Part shown: one piece after another, positions 29,243-38,106 of the stretch
How positions within the stretch are numbered: position 1 is the stretch's first letter
Layout of the letters: each line of letters begins with the position of its first letter
Assembly: GCA_029258885.1 (NCBI GenBank)
Contig: JAPDJW010000002.1
Location: forward strand, 448,001-512,000
Source: Thermoproteota archaeon
GTDB lineage: Archaea; Thermoproteota; Thermoprotei; Thermofilales; B9-G17
Reading direction: 5' to 3'
Length of the DNA stretch: 64,000 nucleotides
Made by a program: the position numbers and the translations under genes
Notes under the pieces: generated by a model
Databases searched by the model: none
Told to the model about the DNA's origin: nothing
The model's input: only the letters and a program-made list of their open reading frames with translations

Positions 29243-30142
29243 ATGCGGAGAATGAGATTTGGGGTTATACCCTTAGACTTTAATGAGGCTATAAAAAAGC
29301 TTACTTCAGTTAATCCATTGATTAGAAGGGGCGTAAGTTTAAAGAAATACGCTGTTAAAGCTATTGAAAGCGGTTTTAAGCATATAGAAATCCCTCTGGA
29401 TATCCTTCAAGTATATCCAAAGCTCTTAGATAAAGGGGCGTTAAGGGAGATACTTGATATCACATCTGCTTGGAAAATTTCCATTTCTGCGCATCTTCCA
29501 ATATGGGGTATTGAGCTTTCGTGGGTAAACGAAGACATTAGGAGGGCGTCCGTAAAAACCGTAGTAAAATCGATAAAATATGTGGATATTCTTGAGCCCG
29601 AGTACTATGTCTTACACATAGCGGGAAAGCAGGTAAGTGAATTCGCGTTGCTCAGCTATACTAAGAAACCTATGAGAAAGATATGTAAAGTTTTAGCTCA
29701 ATATGCCGTTAGGAGTATAGATGAAATCGTGAGGAAGACGGATCTTGACAGTGAACTTTTAGCCCTAGAAACAGTAATGTTCCCCTACGATCTAACGCTG
29801 GAAGTTGCCCGGAGAACTGGTGCTTCCTTCCTAGTAGATACAGGCCACGTTCTCTCGGGACAGTGTGGAAACGTAGACCTTTACAGAATATTAGATGAGG
29901 TTAAGGATATGCTTGTAGGAATACATCTTCACGATGCCTACGTGAAGCGTGACAGCGAGGGCAACGTCATTCGACGCGACCACCTAATTATTGGCGAAGG
30001 ATCACTAGATATCCTAAGGTTCTTTAATAAATTAAAGGAAATAGGTTTCAACGGTCCAATAGTTATCGAACTATCACTTCCAGGCGCCATAGAGTCGCTA
30101 CGCCGGCTACATGAGATTATACCCGAGTTATTTAAGGTGTAA
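29243..30142 (+). CDS. xylose isomerase-like TIM barrel protein (AP endonuclease 2 superfamily)
   Basis: HLP, YVLH, ALET, DTGH, IHLHDA, DHL.IGEG and IELS metal-binding pattern. Confidence 0.8.
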   Translation: MRRMRFGVIPLDFNEAIKKLTSVNPLIRRGVSLKKYAVKAIESGFKHIEIPLDILQVYPKLLDKGALREILDITSAWKISISAHLPIWGIELSWVNEDIRRASVKTVVKSIKYVDILEPEYYVLHIAGKQVSEFALLSYTKKPMRKICKVLAQYAVRSIDEIVRKTDLDSELLALETVMFPYDLTLEVARRTGASFLVDTGHVLSGQCGNVDLYRILDEVKDMLVGIHLHDAYVKRDSEGNVIRRDHLIIGEGSLDILRFFNKLKEIGFNGPIVIELSLPGAIESLRRLHEIIPELFKV

Positions 30143-30144
30143 GC

Positions 30145-31494
30145 ATGCTGTCAAGGTTTCAGAGGTTGATATATGGGTTAGCAAGGTTTGGGTCAAGTAC
30201 GCTATTAGGCGTATTTAATTTATCGAGCGTCTATATATACTGGAGCTACTATGGCTTAAATCCGGTTTTAACCGGATGGGTTAATGCTGTAGGGAAGATA
30301 GTTATAGCCTTTTCAGGCTATATCGTCGGATACCTGAGCGATATCACCAGTACGAGACTTGGGAAACGAAAGCCATATATTATAGCTGGAGCTATGCTAC
30401 TGGCTTTATCATTCACTCTCTACTATATCCCTCCAAGAGAGGTAATTACCTGCGGTCAAACTGCCGTATTTATCTATGCGCTTTTCTTTAACTCCCTCTT
30501 TAACTTCTCCTACGCCCTTCTAATAACCCCCTACCAGGCGTGGATGCCTGAGATAACTGAGCCCGGAGAAAGAGTGTATGTGTCAGCACTACAGAACATA
30601 GCTAACCTGCTTGCGGGGGCAGTTTCAGTCGCCGTAAGCTTCATAATGCCGTCAATACTTAAAATTGAAGAGAATATATTTACATTCATAATTCTCTTTT
30701 TATCAATACTTGAAATTCTACTCTATATTCCAACGATATTAACCATTCCAGCTGAAAAGGTGACAGTATTTTCTCAAAGCCTACTGAAGAATATGAGTGA
30801 GATTATAGGGAACTGGGAATACATTAAATGGATTCTCTGTCAGGGAGCAATATCGATATCCACGACAATAACATTATCCACTGTATTATCCTTCACGTCC
30901 ATGGTGCTGGGGCTTGGAAGGGGGTATAAGGAGATAGCCATGGGAGGTCTAGTGTTTATAGTAGCTGTAATTTTCTTTATTCTATGGGGTAAATCCTCCG
31001 AGATAATAGGGAGAAGAAGAACCATGTTAATATCCAACATAATCTTCTCAGTTTCACTAGCATCAACCGTAGCCCTAGCCTTCTTGGGAGAGGATATTAG
31101 AAGATATATAGGATACATATTTTTAGCGGGAACGGTTATAGGAGCATCAGGCTTCCACCTATTTTCATATGCAATCATTGCAGACATAGCACACGTAGAT
31201 CAGCTTAAATCGGGACTAAATAGAGCTGGACTATACACGGGCTTTAATAATATTGTATTGAACTCTTTCCAAACTGTAGGATACGTATTGGCGGGATATA
31301 TTCTAAGCCTTCCCCGGGCTCCCTACGGAGACTATACATACGGTTTACTCCTATGGGGACCTATAGCGGCCCTATTCGTGATACTAGGAAGCCTGATATT
31401 AGCTAGGACTAACGTAGAGCCGTTTAGAGGAGCAGCTCGAGGTTCTCAATATATGGGTCACACCAGTGGCTCCAATACTGTATCTGGTTCTTAA
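30145..31494 (+). CDS. MFS transporter, GPH (MelB-like) family
   Basis: GYLSDITSTRLGKRKPY, PYQAWMPE...ER, ADIAHVDQLKSG.NRAG.Y; about 12 TM segments. Confidence 0.88.
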   Translation: MLSRFQRLIYGLARFGSSTLLGVFNLSSVYIYWSYYGLNPVLTGWVNAVGKIVIAFSGYIVGYLSDITSTRLGKRKPYIIAGAMLLALSFTLYYIPPREVITCGQTAVFIYALFFNSLFNFSYALLITPYQAWMPEITEPGERVYVSALQNIANLLAGAVSVAVSFIMPSILKIEENIFTFIILFLSILEILLYIPTILTIPAEKVTVFSQSLLKNMSEIIGNWEYIKWILCQGAISISTTITLSTVLSFTSMVLGLGRGYKEIAMGGLVFIVAVIFFILWGKSSEIIGRRRTMLISNIIFSVSLASTVALAFLGEDIRRYIGYIFLAGTVIGASGFHLFSYAIIADIAHVDQLKSGLNRAGLYTGFNNIVLNSFQTVGYVLAGYILSLPRAPYGDYTYGLLLWGPIAALFVILGSLILARTNVEPFRGAARGSQYMGHTSGSNTVSGS

Positions 31495-33487
31495 CAGGAA
31501 CGGGGTTCTCCTCTAATACTAGCTTTCTCCCCGCATATGCTAGGCTGAAAAGTTCGCTTGAATATAAGGCTACGCCCTCGGTAATCATGTGATCTAAATG
31601 GTTAATCAATATGCACTTTACGTCATTATCTCTCCTAGTAAGCTTAAGCAAGTCTATTAGGTAGGGTGTATCTCTAGGCCATATAACGCTACCGTGATAC
31701 TGCCTATCGTTGAGATACGGCTCCATTCTGCGCCTATTTACGAGTACTCCAAATAGTCCCCGCCTACCTTTCAAATACACCGGCTTCCTAAAGATGAATA
31801 TACTTTCGAAATACCTTAGATAATCACGTATTTCGGAACAATTGAACATTTCCCGGAGAAGCGATAAGGAAACTACACCAACCGAACTAGGCTCAATACA
31901 TTTAACTCCATTATATTCAAGCGAATAGAACCCATCTTTCGTAAGGAACTTCTCCCTGAATCTTTTCGGCATCTCCGATAAAGCTACCTTAACATTTGTT
32001 TCAAGCGAAAAACCGTACCTAATGGAGGCTTTTTCAGCCAACATTAAAGCCTTAAGCCACAGAGCATTTATCTCCGGCAGTAGGAACTTAGGCTTAAATA
32101 ACTCGTCAGCTCCTCTCTCGCCCACTATCCTCGATGCTAGATCCTCCGGTATACGGGAGGGAATTCTGCCGAGTTCACTATGCGGAACTACCGAATCAAT
32201 CCATGAGTGCGATGGAACCGAATATATAAGCCGATCCCTTAAAACGGGATCCCCATTAACCATCTCGCTCGAATTCGCCTTCATCCTCTTAAGTGCATCG
32301 GAAATGAAACCTAACGCAAGTTCAGCCAACTCTGCTTCTCCAGTAATCAGAGAGCACTTGAAGGCATTTATTAGAAGCAGCGGTATGGAGTCGGCAGATC
32401 TACAGGAGTCAGCTGGCAACTTACAGGGCGAAGAACACGAGCCATAGAACAGCTTCAGTAGGGTTGAAAGAGTATCCTCTATTTCATCTCGCCAATTTAA
32501 TATATCGATATATGTTCTAAGATTCCAATAGATGCCTTCCATGGCATCCCTAAACCATGCTTCTCTAAACCACCATCCACCCGCCTCAGGAATCCATAAA
32601 GTTCTCCCACCTACATTAACTTTCAAGCCAAATGAGGACAGTGTAGCTATTCTAAAGTTTATCAAATGTAATATCAACCTAGAGTCCCTAAATCGTTTAA
32701 ACGGGCTCCTGAGAACATTAGGCTTATCATCTATTACCCCTACGTTGACTAAGCCCCTAACTGAGCAAGCTATGTTAATTCGAGCTATTTTTTCTCCACC
32801 TAAAATGCCATATCCGGGAACGAGAAGCCATCTACGATCCTTAACGAATATGACCTTACCGTCCTCTATCCTCCTAAAGCCGCTATCAAGTTTATACACC
32901 CACTCCTGAACATAAGGGTCAAGTGTAAAGTCGCTGAATGGGCCAATCAGTAATTCTCTACTACTTCTCCACGCCTTTAAGTAAATGCCATCCTTTTCTT
33001 TAAGAAGTGATAGATCGTGTTCCTCAGGCTTTGAATCGGCGTAGAAATGCCTAATATCGAGAAATGGAGCAATGTAAATTTCTCCAGTATGTCTGCCGTA
33101 TTCCACCGATAATATACACGCGTTGTTGGAGTGCCCTATTCTATATGAGACTTCCAGCTCTCCATAATTGCTAGCATATATGTAGGTAATTTTATTCGGA
33201 GAAACTCTAACTGCGGAAGGCTTAAACTTATCCTCAGATGAAAATGCAATAGAATCAACGTACTTCCACACAGAATTTCCGACATTAGATAATAGCCCCT
33301 CGTAGGGCAAATCTCTGTTAGGAACCAGAAAATCCATTCCGTAGAGAGGTACCTCCACGCTAAAAATGGATTGACAGAATTCGCCGAAAGCGCATCTTAT
33401 AGAGGCTCTAACAGTACGGGCATAGTCGTGTTCGCTATTTTCCACCGGAATATACTCGATATAGCTGGGCGTAATTCTCCTTATCAT
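31424..33487 (-). CDS. amylo-alpha-1,6-glucosidase / glycogen debranching enzyme-like protein
   Basis: AGGWWFREAWFRD (compare AGYPWF.DWGRD), SWIDS, PEINALW, YHGSVIWP, ELF...P...Q.WS (alpha/alpha)6-barrel motifs. Confidence 0.75.
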   Translation of the reverse strand: MIRRITPSYIEYIPVENSEHDYARTVRASIRCAFGEFCQSIFSVEVPLYGMDFLVPNRDLPYEGLLSNVGNSVWKYVDSIAFSSEDKFKPSAVRVSPNKITYIYASNYGELEVSYRIGHSNNACILSVEYGRHTGEIYIAPFLDIRHFYADSKPEEHDLSLLKEKDGIYLKAWRSSRELLIGPFSDFTLDPYVQEWVYKLDSGFRRIEDGKVIFVKDRRWLLVPGYGILGGEKIARINIACSVRGLVNVGVIDDKPNVLRSPFKRFRDSRLILHLINFRIATLSSFGLKVNVGGRTLWIPEAGGWWFREAWFRDAMEGIYWNLRTYIDILNWRDEIEDTLSTLLKLFYGSCSSPCKLPADSCRSADSIPLLLINAFKCSLITGEAELAELALGFISDALKRMKANSSEMVNGDPVLRDRLIYSVPSHSWIDSVVPHSELGRIPSRIPEDLASRIVGERGADELFKPKFLLPEINALWLKALMLAEKASIRYGFSLETNVKVALSEMPKRFREKFLTKDGFYSLEYNGVKCIEPSSVGVVSLSLLREMFNCSEIRDYLRYFESIFIFRKPVYLKGRRGLFGVLVNRRRMEPYLNDRQYHGSVIWPRDTPYLIDLLKLTRRDNDVKCILINHLDHMITEGVALYSSELFSLAYAGRKLVLEENPVPVKNQIQYWSHWCDPYIENLELLL

Positions 33488-33639
33488 CCAACCACATGCT
33501 CTTCATAGTCTTACTAGCTATATAGTTTTTAACCCTTAATGAAGAGTGCTGGTGGCATTACACCGAGACATTAAGTTGATAAACACATTATATTATATAA
33601 GTAATTTAAAAATTTAAAATAAGACATATAACAAACAAT

Positions 33640-33738
33640 GGAGATGTTGTAAACGGAGCGTCAAACATAGGACTAGCTATAAAAAGCGCTAGAAAAACAG
33701 CAACATACGTTGATAAGTACGTGAGGGCTAGCATATAG
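33640..33738 (+). pseudogene. C-terminal fragment of a GltD/SudA-like FAD oxidoreductase
   Basis: Startless GDVVNGASNIGLAIKSARKTATYVDKYV matches the GDxxxGPSxxxxAIxxGRxAAxxIDxYL tail. Confidence 0.5.
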
Positions 33739-33802
33739 CTTAAAAGCTTATCGATTTAAGCTGGAGATTAAAGTTATATATAGATAGATATAGGGTGGTC
33801 TT

Positions 33803-34029
33803 ATGGCTCGAACAATAATTGTTTCAGATGAGGTATATGAGCTGTTAAAAAGATTAAAGAGGGTTTTAGTGATTTAATTAAACGGCTCATATTAAAGAAT
33901 ATGGGAAGCTTACTTGACCCAGTAGGCTCCGACGCCATAACCGCGGAAGGAGCGAGGTTACTCGAAGAATATAAGAGAAGAATGGTAGAGACAGACTTAG
34001 AGAGATTGAGAAGAATTATGGAGAATTAA
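33803..34029 (+). pseudogene. VapB (DUF217-type) antitoxin, frameshifted
   Basis: MARTIIVSDEVYELLKRLK, then a frameshift into GFSDLIKRLI...LERLRRIMEN*. Confidence 0.7.
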
Positions 34030-34032
34030 CGA

Positions 34033-34140
34033 ATGTATATATTTGACACCAGCTACTCTATGAGGTTCGACATAATTCCTTACGATTTAGCGCAGCGTAG
34101 TAGTATGCAGATAAACGAAACAATATATTTCAGCAGCAAT
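34033..34140 (+). pseudogene. vapC remnant (internally deleted PIN toxin)
   Basis: MYIFDTS start directly after the vapB remnant, followed by FDIIPYD; far too short for a PIN domain. Confidence 0.45.
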
Positions 34141-34149
34141 ACCATTTTC

Positions 34150-34210
34150 ATGGCGATGAAGAGTGGACGCAGCACCCGAGCGATGAGGAAGCCCCTACTC
34201 CCAGAGCCAT
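34150..34210 (+). ncRNA. candidate C/D box guide sRNA with 16S rRNA complementarity
   Basis: ATGGC-GATGA-guide-CCGA-GCGATGA-GGAAGCCCCTACTCC-CAGA-GCCAT with a 5-bp terminal stem. GCCCCTACTCC is antisense to GGAGUAGGGGC, which I recall from crenarchaeal 16S rRNA. Confidence 0.7.
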
Positions 34211-34252
34211 TAGCCTAACAGTCGTCCTACAGGGCTATTTTTATTGAATATA

Positions 34253-34834
34253 TCAAATCTTGGCATAGCCATATTTTTCAAAGAATTTTTCGACATTTTC
34301 TATGAAATTATTGAAGTTACTGGCATTAATACTGCATCTTTTGAGGAGAACTGGTTGGTAAACAGATCCCCACCAGGTTAGTTCATATTTTTGAGTAATT
34401 TTGCTAATTCTTTTCTTCATTTCCGCCGGTTGATCAGAATATCTAAGCATATAGTTATCTCTAGGATCACTAATACCAGATATAAATATGAATCCTGGAG
34501 CATCAACGATAAGAATTCCGCTCGGAGGTTTAGCTTTATAAAAGAATATGGAATAGATATTCCTAAACGGCATTTTACTTTTCTTTTTAGTATATTCCTT
34601 TATCCTGTCACATACTCTAATTAACTTATAAATTCCTCTATCGGTTTGAGCACCTAATTCTTCTAAACCATGGTTTCTTATGGAATCTATTAAATCGATA
34701 AAATCTTTAAGCGAAATTATAGAAAATTGCTGATTAAATAAGTCATTTTCAAATCTTAAGATAGCTTTTCTATGCCAATTTTTATATTTGCTAGAAATAC
34801 TGTCAATTATTTCATATGCATCTAAAATTATCAA
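34253..34834 (-). CDS. hypothetical protein (AT-rich)
   Basis: Intact 193-aa ORF with AT-rich codons; no recognised motif. Confidence 0.6.
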   Translation of the reverse strand: MIILDAYEIIDSISSKYKNWHRKAILRFENDLFNQQFSIISLKDFIDLIDSIRNHGLEELGAQTDRGIYKLIRVCDRIKEYTKKKSKMPFRNIYSIFFYKAKPPSGILIVDAPGFIFISGISDPRDNYMLRYSDQPAEMKKRISKITQKYELTWWGSVYQPVLLKRCSINASNFNNFIENVEKFFEKYGYAKI

Positions 34835-35079
34835 ACTCTCACCTATCCCTATTATAGTTTACGATGCTGTAATTTTATGTGCCTTACTTATATTTTCCAA
34901 TAAATCCTAGATCTCTTAATGTGTAGTTTGACTATGAACCGCGCAATTACTAGTATGTTTATTTATACGGCTAGTGTAAGGTGAGCATTTTTCTGACTGA
35001 ACATTTGAGTTAGTTTTTCTAACGAATACAAGGGTTGTGGTTCTAGCAAAGAATTTTCTCTGATACAATGAAAATGAAA

Positions 35080-35280
35080 TTCATATAGTAATATAGTGGT
35101 AAGCAATATAGTAGGTTTCCATAGACCTTAAATGGCAGTTTAGGATGCTACTATCCTCAATCTTCAGCTGATTTATCAACTTAGTATATATTTTAGGCTC
35201 TCCAACTACTAAGGTCTTAAGAATACTTTTTATGTGCTGAGTTTTTAAAGCAGAAATATCCTTGTTAAATCCTTCTCCGG
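35080..35280 (-). pseudogene. winged-HTH (ArsR-like) regulator remnant
   Basis: ILKTLVVGEPKIYTKLINQLKIEDSSILT, then a frameshift into HLRSME; boundaries approximate. Confidence 0.35.
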
Positions 35281-35475
35281 TAAAGGTATTTCAGCACTAC
35301 CACCAGATTATGCAATTGCTTCACGTACAAAATTCTTTCACGTAAGGATTCTAATCGAAATATGCATGTGTTGCAATGTATTTGGTTAATTTATGCGGAT
35401 CTATAGGCTGATTTTGGTAAACAAAGATTTGTAAAAGCTTATTTTTCTTAAAGGAATTAATATTCCCGTGGTAGT

Positions 35476-37143
35476 ATGATGGATTTAAGCTTCGACTTTA
35501 AGGATAAGTACTGGCAGTTTAAGGATCTACGTTTCGCCTTCAGAATCTATACCTTAGACAATATATACGGTGTAGATCCTAACAGGGCAAGCTTTAAGGT
35601 TGTTGAGGAGGAAGGTGTTGAAAAGGCTGTTGTCAGGGCGGATGGATTCTACTATGCTGGAGGACAGAAGAAGATAGATGGAAGCTTCTATGCTGAACTT
35701 GTGGATAGAGGTGGAGTAATCGAGGTTAAGGCTGATGCAGGTTTTCCCGAGGATGTTAAGGCTGAAGATAGGGATCTAATGTTTGAGGAGTTTAAAGTCA
35801 AGGCATTGGCGATACTTATTAAGTGTGTGTCGGGCAGCGAGGTTTTGGATGGCCGTTTCAACTTCATGAAGATTGATTGGGATAGAGGTATAATATTCAA
35901 TTACCCGAGGTCGTGGATAACATATACATATGGACTATTGACACCGCTGCTTGTTCTGAAGGAGAGTAGAGATTACACGTTTTTCTTAAGTATGGATCAC
36001 GAGGTTAGGCCGAAGAGGTTTGCGCTAAAGAAGGATCTTGATGGAGAACATCTGGTTGAGATTATTCATGAGGAGAAGGCATACCTCTACAAGAGAAGCA
36101 TAACTGTGCCTACTTGGCGTATAGGTAAATGTAGCGATCCAATGGATGTCTTAAGGATGAGGATGAAGCTGATGGAGGAGAAGTGGGGTCTTAAGCCGTG
36201 GAATCAACGCGATGATGTACCGGAGTGGATGAGAAAGGTTTCACTTGTAGTCAATATGCACGGCAAGCATTGGACGGGCTTCGTATTTAATACGTTTAGT
36301 AGGATGCTTGAAATCCTTGAGTGGATAGCCGAGAGGATCGATGGATACAGGGTTCTAGTGTATATACCGAGTTTCAATGGCAGGTATTACTACGATTACC
36401 CCGTATATGAGCCAGATCCCGATTTAGGTGGTCCTGAGGGCTTCAGAAAGCTAGTGGAGGGTGCGCATGAACTCGGAATGCACGTTGTCCCAATGTACAG
36501 TGCATGCGCGGCTGGCTTTAGGTGGATTGATAGACTAGGCTTAAAGGAGGCAGTAGTTTCAAATAAGTATGGATGGACTATCGTCCCACCTAACTGGGTC
36601 GACTGGGACGCTGATAGAGAGAGGGATGACATATGGATACCAGTAAACCTGGGCCACCCGAAGTTCAGGGAGATGATGTTTAACGCAATACGTAAAGTAA
36701 CGGAGGAATACGGTGTCGACGGTGCTTTCCTAGACATAACCCACTTCTACGTTAATGACTCAAAATACGATTTTTACGAAGGCTTAAAGCAGCTCATAAG
36801 GGACCTAAAGAAGGAGTTCGGAAGAAACTTCCTTGTATTCGGGGAATACTACTACGATGCATTGATGCCTATAATACCACTATTTCACGTACCGTTCCCC
36901 GAGAACTATACGGAGTTCTTCACCAAATATATTCGAACAGCATACCACCTATCAACTCCCTCTCCGGGAAGAGGTAGCAGCGGAGTTCATGAAGCAGGGC
37001 ATCTAAAGTTCTTCGTTCCTGATCCAAGCAAGGAGGCAATACCAACGCTATGTATAGTAGAGGATACGATACCGGATCATGCAGAGGAAGCTGAGAAGGT
37101 AATAGAGGCCGCGAAGAAGTACGCTGAAATAAGAGGAATATAG
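35476..37143 (+). CDS. putative glycoside hydrolase-like (beta/alpha)8 protein, family unassigned
   Basis: DLGGPEGFRKLVEGAHELGMHVV, VNLGHP.FRE, YGVDGAFLD and FGEYY resemble the cores of GH13/GH36-like TIM barrels. Confidence 0.6.
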   Translation: MMDLSFDFKDKYWQFKDLRFAFRIYTLDNIYGVDPNRASFKVVEEEGVEKAVVRADGFYYAGGQKKIDGSFYAELVDRGGVIEVKADAGFPEDVKAEDRDLMFEEFKVKALAILIKCVSGSEVLDGRFNFMKIDWDRGIIFNYPRSWITYTYGLLTPLLVLKESRDYTFFLSMDHEVRPKRFALKKDLDGEHLVEIIHEEKAYLYKRSITVPTWRIGKCSDPMDVLRMRMKLMEEKWGLKPWNQRDDVPEWMRKVSLVVNMHGKHWTGFVFNTFSRMLEILEWIAERIDGYRVLVYIPSFNGRYYYDYPVYEPDPDLGGPEGFRKLVEGAHELGMHVVPMYSACAAGFRWIDRLGLKEAVVSNKYGWTIVPPNWVDWDADRERDDIWIPVNLGHPKFREMMFNAIRKVTEEYGVDGAFLDITHFYVNDSKYDFYEGLKQLIRDLKKEFGRNFLVFGEYYYDALMPIIPLFHVPFPENYTEFFTKYIRTAYHLSTPSPGRGSSGVHEAGHLKFFVPDPSKEAIPTLCIVEDTIPDHAEEAEKVIEAAKKYAEIRGI

Positions 37144-37144
37144 G

Positions 37145-37921
37145 TTATCTACGCTTAATACCTCTGGCTTCAATTTCTTTTATCACATGATTAAATACTT
37201 CCTCAGCTATTTTTTCGATATCCCGTGTGGCGTCAATAACTATAAACCTTGATTCATTGACCTCGGACGCTATCTTCAGAAACTTTCTACGTACATGCTC
37301 TAGAAACTCTATTCTCTCATACTTAGTTAGCGCCTCCCTACCCTTAATTCTTTCAAGGGCTTTCTCAACGGGTAAGTCGAGCAGAAACACTATATCCGGA
37401 AGCTTTATCCACCTATTAGCAGCCCAAATAAACTCCTGAGAAGCCCCTAGGCTGCTCTGATAGGCTAAGCTCGCATAAAAGGATCTATCGCTGACAACCA
37501 CCTTATCACCCCTTAGCGCTGGGAGGACTATCTCTCTTTGAAGAATAATTCTATCAGCAGCAAATATGTATACTTCAGCATCAGGATCTATCCTATAATT
37601 ATACAAAATTTCCTTAGAAGCATCAAGCCAAGGCTCCCTAACGGAAACCACGTCTACATTCATAGCCTCCAGCCTTTCGACAAGCTTTTCTACCTGAGTA
37701 GTTTTTCCACTACCATCTATCCCCTCGAAGGCTATGTAAAGTCCCTTTTCAACCCTATAGTCCCTAAAAGGCTCATCAACAACTTTACGCCGTGCTTCGA
37801 GAATAGAGCCGCAGACAGGACAGTAGACCCCCTCAATTACCGACCCATCAAAGGCGTAGGTCTTTATAGTTTGCGGTGTAACCTCGACGCGGCATACAGG
37901 ACAGAAATATCTCCTCCTCAT
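37145..37921 (-). CDS. tmk: thymidylate kinase with N-terminal Zn-ribbon
   Basis: AFEGIDGSGKTTQ, VREP, FAADR, VSDRSFYASLAYQ, LDLP; N-terminal CPVC...CPVC. Confidence 0.92.
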   Translation of the reverse strand: MRRRYFCPVCRVEVTPQTIKTYAFDGSVIEGVYCPVCGSILEARRKVVDEPFRDYRVEKGLYIAFEGIDGSGKTTQVEKLVERLEAMNVDVVSVREPWLDASKEILYNYRIDPDAEVYIFAADRIILQREIVLPALRGDKVVVSDRSFYASLAYQSSLGASQEFIWAANRWIKLPDIVFLLDLPVEKALERIKGREALTKYERIEFLEHVRRKFLKIASEVNESRFIVIDATRDIEKIAEEVFNHVIKEIEARGIKRR

Positions 37922-38106
37922 GGCTTCAACCTTCTCTATTTATACAGGGGTAAGCTTATGAAACTTTTGCTAAAAATTCGCCTTAGACTTTAGTATATAC
38001 CTTGCACTTTAAGTTCTCATCTTTAATTCCTTGACGTAATTATATTGGTGTATATGGTTTAATGTAGTCTCTGACCTTGGAGTATCATGAAATCTATTAA
38101 TCTTGT

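Noticed and set aside
33535-33575. CTTAATG...CATTAAG hairpin with GAAGA/CCGA, a possible mini C/D RNA
   Set aside because: Only 41 nt, boxes are degenerate, there are no internal C'/D' boxes and I recognise no target.
34033-34218. 61-aa ORF as a real protein
   Set aside because: Better explained as a vapC remnant running into a C/D sRNA.
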